Positions 35,346 through 45,182 of a stretch of 45,182 nucleotides of DNA are shown here, piece after piece. Positions within the stretch are counted from its first letter, which is position 1. Each line of letters opens with the position of its first letter. The stretch is taken from NCBI RefSeq assembly GCF_001194135.2, contig NC_068991.1, positions 50,727,703-50,772,884 of the forward strand, in the 5' to 3' direction. The notes beneath the pieces were generated by a model. It was not told the DNA's origin and made no database searches. It was given only the letters and a program-made list of their open reading frames with translations. This stretch comes from Octopus bimaculoides. Lineage: Eukaryota. Position numbers and translations under genes: made by a program.

Positions 35346-35717
35346 AAGCAGCTGGAAGTAAAAGAAATCACCGAAGCCAGTGTTAGTCTAGAAGCAGTCT
35401 TTTTTACTATGTGAGGAATTAGATTCCTATATTCCTAATAATAAATTATATTATCAAATCATTTAAAACCTTTTAGAATCAATAACATAATTCTTAATCT
35501 GTCAGATGTAGTTGTGGAATTTATGAATTTATGAAAAGATATTTTTGAAACCTTTTCTCTAAGAAAATTCTGGTGTTCCATGTCTTTCCTATCTGTGTCT
35601 AGAAAATGTGTGGAGGGCTTTTGCTGTTCCCACCCAGTTTTCATGTTGAACAAGCATTTTCCTTCATTGTTTATTACCAAAACCAAGTTTCATACAAGAC
35701 TGCCAATTGAAAATAAT

Positions 35718-35768
35718 GTCTGTTTGTCTGTCTGTTTGTCTGTCTGTTTGTCTGTTTGTCTGTCTGTT

Positions 35769-35805
<37 letters not shown>

Positions 35806-35838
35806 CTGTCTCTCCGACTCTGTCTCTGTCTCTTTCTC
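35718..35838. repeat. (TGTC/TGTT)n then (TC)n microsatellite
   Basis: Visible directly in sequence. Confidence 0.9.
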
Positions 35839-36564
35839 TGAAATTGTGCCTAGAACTGATTAGGTTGTTAGAAAGAGCCAAGCTCATCCATCTCATTGGA
35901 ACGTAACATCAAATTAAATTAAATTCATTTTATGGCACTGGGACAAGAACAGAAAGTTGATGGGAGAGGACAGACAATTATATTGATCCATGGTTCTGTG
36001 TTTTATGGACTCCTAAAGGATGAATAGCAACAGTAGGCATTGTAGGATTTGAACTCAAATTAATCACAAAAAAAACAAACAAAAAAAAAACATGTTCATT
36101 GTCTTTTCTAGAGTATTCATACATTTTACTCTCTATTCTCCACACAGAGTACACCAACACAGCTGGGTATGATGAAGGGTAATACTGGCAGAACCATTTT
36201 AGGAACCCTTAGACCAGATGGTAGAAGACATATGAAGTTTCCATACAATCTATGAGAAATGATTTGGAACAAACCTTTGTAAGTAGCTCCATATACAAAG
36301 AGCTGCAGTGGTGTTCATTTGAGAATTACTTATTTGGTGTCCACAAAGAGAAAATTTGTTACAAAAGCCTTTTGACCTTTTTACAATTGATTTTATTTAG
36401 AATTCAGAATTGCTCTCCATTGCATTTTTAATATTTAATTACAAGATCCTAATCACAGAACACTTCCAAATGGATGTCTTCGAGGTATCTTATACATAAC
36501 TGCCATCCAAAGACCAATAGCTGAGTATTATATATTATATTATATTATATTATATTTGTGGTTA

Positions 36565-36947
36565 TCTTTTATCTTTTGCTTGTTTCAGTCATTAGATTGT
36601 GGCCATGCTAGGGCACTGCTTTGAAGAATTTTTAGTTGAATAGATCAACCCCAGTACTTATTTTTTTTAAAGCTTGGTACTTATTCTATTGGTCTCTTTT
36701 ACTGAACTGCTTAGTCACAGAGATGTAAACACACCAACACCAGTTGTCAAGTGGTTGTAGGGGACAAACACAGACACAAAGACACACACACATATACAGT
36801 AGGCTTCTTTCAGTTTCCCTCTACCAAATCTACTCACAAGGCTTTGATCAGCCCAAGGCTATGGCAGAAGACGCCCAAGGTGCCTTGCAGTGGGTCTGAA
36901 CTCAGAACCATGTGGTTGGGAAGCAAACTTCTTACTGCATAGTCACA
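36565..36947 (-). mobile_element. SINE-A (older copy)
   Basis: Reverse-complement homology to 1359-1762. Confidence 0.85.
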
Positions 36948-37525
36948 TCTATTTTTGAAAAGTAAATTCCCCAAGTTTGTATATTTTACCTTACTCTAAA
37001 AGATCTCCAGTTACTAGTGTAATTATATTTCACCATTCTGATAATTCAGTAAGGCTGGTAGATACTTGCATTTAATGAGACTGCATTCATTCGAAAAGAT
37101 TTAAACATTGTTAAAAACTGAAATTAAATACACACACATACACACACATCCCACCCCACATACACACTTGCACATATCTAGCTTGGCTTGATGGATGAAT
37201 AGATAGGTAAGTCAATGAATAGAAAGATGAATGGGTGGATGGCTGGAATAAAGAAGCTAAGAATTATTAAGAATTACTGCAGTTGAAACACTTTGTGAAA
37301 AAAAAGAAAAAAAAGAATTTAATAAAGACCTTATTGCCTGAACAAAACTTACCATTCTAAAATCATATCAAATGATCAAATCCTTTATCTATTAATCTCT
37401 GATATTGTCTCCTCCCATCATAGTCTGTGAGAGAATCATATGTCACAGCAGAAATGAGGCAGAGATATTGCCATTTTGATAAGACTTTATCTGGCACAAA
37501 ATCTTTATGGAAATGTAGTTAAGTG

Positions 37526-37576
<51 letters not shown>

Positions 37577-38219
37577 ATTAGGGATAAAATCCAAAATTAC
37601 AGGTAAAAACTCAATTAAAATCAATTTATTAAAAATTAAAATTAAATTAAGCTTCACAGTATAAAATATATATTAATATATTAGGGAAAAGAACCAAGGT
37701 TTATGAACTCATCGATGAAAATCCACTGTCACATATAGAAAAAAATTATAATTAAAAGTACAATAAATAAGTATAATATAATGCAAATTAAATATCATAA
37801 GATCAAGATATATATATATATATATATGTATACATGTATATGTACATATGTATACATGTATATGTATGTATGTATGTATACACATATGCATATGTGTATT
37901 TGTCTGTATACCATTCTTATGTGTAAAAAGAGAATAATAAATTAACTGATGTGTCCAGAGCCTTGCCAAACTGGAATTAACTAATTAAAGACACGCTAAG
38001 TAATGTTGATTAAAATAAAGCTGTCTATTATATTTATTCTTAACACATTTACTTTGCTACAGTAAGTGTAACTCTTCCGGAAAAAGACTTCTTATAGATA
38101 ATATGCATGAAAACACACCAAACAGGGCAATGAATAATTTCTGGCTTGTTATACTTCATCAGCTGAATTTCACTCAGGCACTTCAAACACTCCTCATCAC
38201 TCTCCTTCAGTCTCTCTGC

Positions 38220-38221
38220 CC

Positions 38222-38252
<31 letters not shown>

Positions 38253-38308
38253 TTGCTCCCCCTCTCTATCTATCTGCCTGCCTGCCTGCCTGTCTGTCTG
38301 TCTATCTA

Positions 38309-38392
<84 letters not shown>
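38220..38392. repeat. Compound (TTTC)n/(TGCC)n/(TCTG)n microsatellite
   Basis: Visible directly in sequence. Confidence 0.9.
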
Positions 38393-38393
<1 letters not shown>

Positions 38394-38659
38394 GGAATCT
38401 AACGTCTGATAAACTATCATCTGCACATAGTGGACTATCCGTTACTTGCTTTATTGCATTTACCCATCACCATATTGCGCAATGCCAACTGCATTCCAGA
38501 TGCTATGTCACTTCAAATCTGCAGACAACTAGTCACAGCTCCACCAGCTTTTATTCTAACTATTCTAAGCTTTGCTATTTCTTAAATGAAGATCAATAAA
38601 AACAAAACTGAAGGAAGTACTGGGGTCAATATGACCTGAGCAAAACCAATGAGGGCAGT

Positions 38660-39100
38660 GGTCTAGCATGACATTCAAGATTGAAAGCAGAGACTAAAGG
38701 CTTCATACTGGTGGTACAAGATCAAAGCTTGTTTACCAGAAATCACTAGGCTAAAGTTCTTTAAGACATTGCTGATTCTGCAACACATCTAATGTTCTGT
38801 GCTGACACCAAACAAATACATAATTTACCAGAATAGGGTAGGACAGTTTTTACATTGGAAAATATGCAAACACTACAAAATTGACACTCCTTGTTAATGA
38901 GCCAGTCATTGAAAGTAAAAAGGTTAACATCCTCTGGGATTTTTGAGTCAACACTGACAGAAAAATCCAGGATAATTGATCAGACATAATTATTATTGAC
39001 AGGGAAGAAAATATTTGGAGACTAATAGACATAAGTGTTCCCACTGATAAAAAATATGGATGTGCAGGAATTTGACAAATGTAATAAATACAACATGTCT
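38660..39100 (+). mobile_element. RLE-type LINE fragment D (same family as fragment B)
   Basis: LKAETKGFILVVQDQSLFTRN, LHWKICKHYKIDTP, EPVIESKKVNILWDF and RLIDISVPTDK are collinear with 8080-8740. Confidence 0.85.
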
Positions 39101-39199
39101 GAAAAGTCACTATCTATTTCAATGACATTCGATTAGCATCAGTTGTGCAAATTTGTGCTTTTACAAAATATTAATTGGTTTATGTTGATATTTATATAG

Positions 39200-39401
39200 T
39201 CTTTTATTCTCTTTTACTTGTTTCAGTCATTTGACTGCGGCCATGCTGGAGCACCGCCTTTAGTCGAGCAAATCGACCCCAGGACTTATTCTTTGGAAGC
39301 CTAGTACTTATTCTATCAATCTCTTTTGCCGAACCGCTAAGTTACGGGGACGTAAACACACCACCATCGGTTGTCAACCGATGTTGGGGGGACAAACACA
39401 G

Positions 39402-39432
<31 letters not shown>

Positions 39433-39604
39433 CATATATACGATGGGCTTCTTTCAGTTTCCGTCTACCAAATCCACTCACAAGGCTTTGGTTGGCCTGA
39501 GGCTATAGACGACACTTTCCCAAGGTGCCACGCAGTGGGACTGAACCTGGAACCATGTGGTTGGTAAGCAAGCTACTTACCTACCACACAGCCACTCCTG
39601 CGCC
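39200..39604 (-). mobile_element. SINE-A (well preserved)
   Basis: Reverse-complement homology to 1359-1762. Confidence 0.9.
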
Positions 39605-39649
39605 TAGTGTTTAATTTTATCTTTCAGACCCGAATAACTGATGATGAAC

Positions 39650-40522
39650 ATGAAAGTAGGGGTGTTTGTGTATTTGTGGGAGCATGGAAGATAAAGGCTT
39701 GAAATGCGAAGAAACTAAACATAAATGTCAGTGGAAGTTTTATAGGAAAGGTCCAACAGACAATGTTATTTGTATTATTAATGACATTTCAGAAAACTGG
39801 ACCTGTGCATAATGGTAGCAGAACTAGAAGTCCATGAAAATCTGGAGAAAGAACTGGATTGGTTTTTGAAGCATTTGAAGAGGATCTGCAGTTATCGAAT
39901 TGTAGGGCAGCTAATATATTAGAAATTCTATGTGCATCAATCCACAAAATCCTATAAAGTGATCTGAACGAAAAAAGCTTATCACATTCAAGTTTTTCAC
40001 AACTTACAAGAAGAGGATTATCTATGCAGATCAGTGATGTGTGCTGAGCTTATTGATAAAAGTAAAAGTGCTGATTTAATCAACAAAATTTTGTTCAGTG
40101 ATGAAGCAACCTTCCACACAAGTAGAAAAATTAATCATCATAATTGTCGAATTTGGGGAAGCAAGAAGCCAAATGAATTTCTTGAATGGGAATGAGATAC
40201 ACCAAAAGTGAATGTTTAGCCTGGTATGATTAAATCGAAAGTGTATGGAACTTTCTTCTCTGCAGAGATTATGGTCACTGGGGCTGTGTATCTTGATATA
40301 CTTGAGTAATTCCTTGAACCTCAACTTCATACAGATGGCATTCTTGACACAGTAGTTTTTCAACAGGAGAGAGAACGCTGTACCATTATGTAAAGATTGT
40401 ATATAATTATCTTGACAGACACTTCCCTTGCTGTTAGATTGGTCATGGGGGCACAAGATCATGGGTGGTATGCTCACCTAATTTAAAGTCATTAGATTTC
40501 TTTTGCTTGGGGTGTCTTTAAG
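39650..40522 (+). pseudogene. Tc1/mariner-superfamily transposase relic (rosa/DD41D-like)
   Basis: KILFSDEATFHTS..NHHNCRIWGS, TPKVNV, VTGAVYLDIL, VVFQQ, YLDRHFP and CSPNLKSLDFF-WG; many stops. No TIRs found. Confidence 0.7.
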
Positions 40523-40553
40523 TCGATCTTAAATTTACATATATATATATACA

Positions 40554-40942
40554 GGCGCAGGCATGGCTGTGTGGTAAGAAGCTTGTTTCCCAACCACATG
40601 GTTTTGGGTTCAGTCTCAGTGTGGCACATTGGGCAAGTATCTTCTACTATACTCTTGGCTGACCAAAGTCTTGTGAGTGGATTTGGTAGACGTAAACTGA
40701 AAGTAGCCCGTCGTGTATATGTGTTTGTGTGTGTGTGTGTGTGTGTTTGTTTCCTCACCATCGCTTGACAACCGATGTTAGTGTGTTTATGTCCCTGAAA
40801 ATTAACAGTTTGGCTAAAGAGACCGATAAAATAAGTACTAGGCTTACAAAAAATAAGTCCTGGTGGCGATTTTTTCAACTAACAGTGGTGCTCCTGCTTG
40901 GCTGCAGTCAAATGACTGAAACATGTAAAAGAGTAAAAGAGT
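40554..40942 (+). mobile_element. SINE-A
   Basis: Full-length homology to 1359-1762. Confidence 0.9.
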
Positions 40943-42679
40943 ACATGCATATATATATATATTTTATAATCATATACGTAATTATAGCAAGGGTTTGGCT
41001 GCACCTCACCACACACTGAAAAATAGACATTGAAAGACACTATTACCACCATAAATTCTCTGAGAAAAACAAGCCCTTGTTATAATTATGTATATAATTG
41101 TAAAATGTTTATAAAATTTACCTATGAGGTTTGATTTCTGTGCTGACCATATAGAAGGTAAACAGAAAATGGAAAAATACTGATCAACAACAATTGACAA
41201 ACATCAGTTATTACTTTTTAATACAAATAGACTTTGATGTTAGTCAATTGTTGTTGATCAATATTTCTCCATTTTCTGTTTATTTTAAAATTTGATTCCT
41301 GATAAACTCATGTTTATCTTTGTCATTACCTGTAACCTGTGAGCATAATATGCTTGCATATGTATGTCCAGGGTTAACATAGGTAATTCTACTGGTAGTA
41401 AAATGGATATTTTTATACCTTAGATGGTTATTCCAACCTCTAACTCTACTGACCTCTCTCTCTATATATATATATATATATAATATGTATGTATATGTAT
41501 GAACGTGCACACACACACACACACACACATGCAGATATATGTATATATATATATATATATATACCAATATATGTATATTTCTCCTCCCCATCCTGGCCAA
41601 TTTCTAACTCCCTACAAATGAATTCCATACCATAATCACAAGCACAGAAGCGTTCATCTCTTGCATCTCACCATTCTGCAGTCAGTGAACACACCAAGTT
41701 AGAAACTTTTTATTTAGTTGTACTAACCAGTTTAGTATGTTACATATCAGTCAGCTGACTGAAATGTGTGTATATTTCCAAATAGTGCAAAATGGGGAAG
41801 GATTTTGTATTTCATGCTATGCATGACTAAACACAGATGGTCAGGAACATTCTGAATATAAATAGAACTCTGCAGCATAGTATATTGAGTAGAATGAACC
41901 TAGAAGCAATTTAAGCATATTCTTCTTCTACCAGTTTCAGGATAATGTAAATGTCTAATACTTGCACAAATAAAAATGGCTAAAATTCATTTAATGTTTT
42001 ATGAAAATTTACAGAATCGCAGTTTAATGCTTCTACTCCATTTTTACGATTATTCTTTAATATAAAAAGCAACAAGCATTTTTGTTAAGTAAATGTTTTT
42101 AGTTGTGTTGTTTTTTCTTTTAAATCTATTATTTAATTACATATTGATTTATTTCTTTAAATCACATGACATAGTAAATCAAAATACTTTTCCATATTTG
42201 ATGGTGTGTTTTATAACCTAACAGGTCACGATGATTTCACTGAAGTGTTTGTCATTATCTAGAAATGACCAGGTTTCTTGTTTAGCCTGGGTTCAGCCCT
42301 GGTGGGAACACCTATGATTAAAGACAATCCAACCATGGTTGTCCTGTCTTTTCTTTTCACATAGTTAGTGTTGAAGTATTCATTGCTTCCTAATCTGTAA
42401 TTTGAAGGTGATTTGGTTGTTGTTTCTAGCAGGAGTGTTATGTTGATGGCATTGATTCTCCTCCAAATCAGGACAATAATAAGTTTTGAAATCAACACAC
42501 TAATGCAAGCAAACAAGCCATCATTAATTACACAATGCTCCCACTAATTACTGTAGTAAGCACTCCTCTCATTCAGTATTTGTTTACAGCTTGCAGATAT
42601 AAATTAATTTAAGAGTGAAATGTTTTGGCCACAGACATACCACAGTAGTGCTCCTGTTATGCAAAACATCAACACTTTG

Positions 42680-42802
42680 GTCACCAGTTTAGTATCCTAT
42701 CACCCAGCTCTCTGTCATAGTTCTCCCCTAACTCAACAATGAGTCACCAGTTTCATATTCTATCACCCAACACCTTTGTAATTCTTCCCTAACTCAACAA
42801 TG
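42680..42802. repeat. Two-copy ~63-bp tandem duplication
   Basis: gtcaccagttt...ctatcaccca...cctaactcaacaatg at 42680 and 42743. Confidence 0.8.
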
Positions 42803-42844
42803 GTGAAATGATTACTATTATTATTGTGTTCCATAATTTAACAG

Positions 42845-43048
42845 TGAGCTCACAGAGTTGTTAGTACGCTGGGCAAAATGCTTTGTCTGTCTTTGTGTTC
42901 TGAAATCAAATTCTGCCAAGGTTGACTTTGCCTTTCATTCTTTCAGGATCGATAAAATTAGTACCAATTGAGCACAAGGGTTGATGTAATTGACTATCTC
43001 CCTTCCTCACAAATTTCAGGCCTTGTGCCTATAGTAGAAAGGATTAGT
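42845..43048 (+). mobile_element. SINE-B (tail type 3)
   Basis: SINE-B body plus aaatttcaggccttgtgcctatagtagaaaggatt. Confidence 0.8.
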
Positions 43049-43049
43049 C

Positions 43050-43255
43050 AATATTCTTTTCTACTCTGGGTGCAAGGCCTGAAATTTTTGGGGAGGGGTC
43101 CAGTCAATTAGATCGACCCCAGAATGCAACTGGTACTTAACTTATCGACCCCAAAAGAATGAAAGGGAAAGTACACCTTGGCGGAATTAGAACTCAGAAT
43201 GTAAAGACTGACGAAATACCACTAAACATTAACGTTTGTGCCAGCTCACCGCCTT
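43050..43255 (-). mobile_element. SINE-B (tail type 3), tail-to-tail with the previous copy
   Basis: Reverse complement ending ...ccagctcaccgcctt. Confidence 0.8.
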
Positions 43256-43599
43256 AGGATTAGTTAATATTGTCAAGGCACACACACACACGCACACACA
43301 CACACACACATACACATATATATTATATATATGTATATATGTATATATATATCTTATATATAATAAAATGGAAGATGTGTGTGTGTGTACATACCTTTTT
43401 CTTGATCACCCTCAAAATCAATATTTTTCATCTGATTTCATTCATGCTGGGAACATACATCACTTATGTTCCAGAGATGGTCATAGACACTTCAAATTTT
43501 CCACATAATATGTAATGCCACCCCTAGGGGACGAAAACACTTTCTCATAGGTAAATAACAAATACCAATGATCGTTGCTTCAAGGGACATTACTCTTGA

Positions 43600-45060
43600 T
43601 GACGTAGTACAATTTTTACAATGCCCATTCACAGCAAACTGCTGATATTTGCACATTAGCACTTTCTTGAGGTAGCCATGCAATTTAAATCAACTTTCAA
43701 TTATTTTTTTAAATGCTTCAGAAATTAATCCATATCATACCTGGAAATTAATCATATTATATATATTCAGAATTTAATCAATACTATATATATTCTCTGC
43801 TTTTACTCATACAAAGCTGTGACAGTTATACAGCTTTTACAATGCCCATTCACTGCAAACTGCTGATATTTGCACATTAGAACAGGGCTGTTCTTGCACC
43901 TACAAATGCAGCTGTCACTACTTTTAATTTAGTAAGCTACCTTCTCAAGAATATTCTTACAGATCAGTTGACACTGCTATTGACCTCAATCAGGTAACAC
44001 ACTTTCCAACAGAATTTCTCAACTCCCAACATCCTTCAGGACTCCCTCCCCATGAACTTCACTTAAAAGTCAGTTGCCCTGTCATCCTTCTACACAATCT
44101 AAACACACCTACACTATGCAATGGAACTTGCCTTGTGGTCAAACAAATGATGGACCATGTCACAGAAGCCTAAATTATAAGGGGGAATGGCAAAAATGAT
44201 ACCGTTTTTATTCCGAAAATTCTGCTAACCTCAACAGACTGCCTCTATCATATGTGGTGACTTTAGTTCCCTCTCAAACTCAGCTTCACCATGACAATTA
44301 ACAAAGCACAAGGTCAATCACTGAAAATTGTCGGATTGGACCTTTGAATGTCATACTTTCCACATGAACAGTTCTATGTCGGTTGTTCCAGAATTGGCCA
44401 TCCAGACAACTTATTCATGTATGCTCCTGAAGGAAAGACCAAAAATGTCATCTACAAAGCAGCTTTACAGTAGTTACTCCTCTATTGCAATCTTCATATC
44501 TATGCCAAACTGTATCTGTTAGCAATCAGACTTCCTACAAGCTTTTCATTGATATTTTGCTTCATTTCCATGATTGCTGTTAACAGTACATTACCTTCAC
44601 TGATCCTTCTTACTTCATGCATGCTGTTCCCTCATAAGCATGCTCTGACGCACATGCCATTATTCTATTTGTGTGTTTGCTATAAACATTTGCTTTTGTT
44701 TATCATACATGACTTTCATTGAATAAAGCTCCAATGTGGTTTTGTCAAGCATTATAACTAAAACAACTACTTGCTACAAAATGCTTCAGGTAAGATATAA
44801 GATCCCTAATGTTCACTTCAATTGTGATCTCATTTCATGGACTTTCATATATTACTACCAAATTTGTGTTCAAAAAACTTTATTCATTACCTAGGTTGCG
44901 TAATACCATATAATAAACTGCTAACGAAATTGGTAATTATACGTTTTTCATTTATCAACTTGAAATGACTTCTAACTGTAGGGCTAATCCAATTAAACCA
45001 TCTAAAGGTGTGCATCATTATAATAAATTACATTGTCCAATGGACGAGTGCATCTACTAG
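43600..45060 (+). mobile_element. Helitron 3' portion with terminal hairpin and CTAG
   Basis: Helicase relic, hairpin ttgtcc-aat-ggacga at 45033-45047, and CTAG at 45057-45060 followed by T. The 5' boundary is uncertain. Confidence 0.7.
43880..44473 (+). pseudogene. PIF1-family (Helitron Hel) helicase C-terminal relic
   Basis: RAVLAPTN, FPTEFLNSQHPSGLPPHELHLKV, ILLHNL, LCNGT, FPLKLSFTMTINKAQGQSLKIVGLDL, QFYVGCSRIG, KTKNVIYKAALQ*. In-frame stops. Confidence 0.9.
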
Positions 45061-45062
45061 TG

Positions 45063-45120
<58 letters not shown>

Positions 45121-45182
45121 ACACATATATATATATATATAGATAGATATATAGAACAAGAAGGGTTTAGGCCACTGGTGAT

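Noticed and set aside
37685-37730. Minus-strand cgatgagttcat-aaaccttgg, possibly a deleted hammerhead in an AT-rich repeat
   Set aside because: CUGA and GAAA cores are incomplete; cannot be supported.
39638-39665. ctgatga...gaaa motif on the plus strand
   Set aside because: No stem II or stem III pairing; chance match.

Overview
This is an AT-rich, gap-containing eukaryotic genomic window. It looks like coleoid cephalopod, probably Octopus, judging from remembered repeat families; this is not verified. No host protein-coding exon, rRNA, bona fide tRNA or CRISPR array can be supported. The window is a nested mosaic of mobile elements and microsatellites: three tRNA-headed SINE groups (here called A, B, C), 5'-truncated RLE-type LINEs (R4/Dong-like), RTE-clade 3' ends, a near full-length dead mariner, Tc1/rosa-like and hAT transposase relics, a piggyBac-like MITE, a foldback element and a Helitron 3' end. 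The first stand-out is an intact minimal type I hammerhead ribozyme on the minus strand (about 13222-13320), with the palindromic stem III typical of Penelope-like elements and retrozymes. The second is a ~2 kb retroelement (20186-22245) with a perfect 15-bp TSD, inserted into a SINE head. It appears to encode only a gag/ORF1-like protein (half-LINE) and shares its 3' terminal module and hairpin with the SINE-B family. The three alternative SINE-B tails keep a covarying 4-bp stem with a CUUGU loop.
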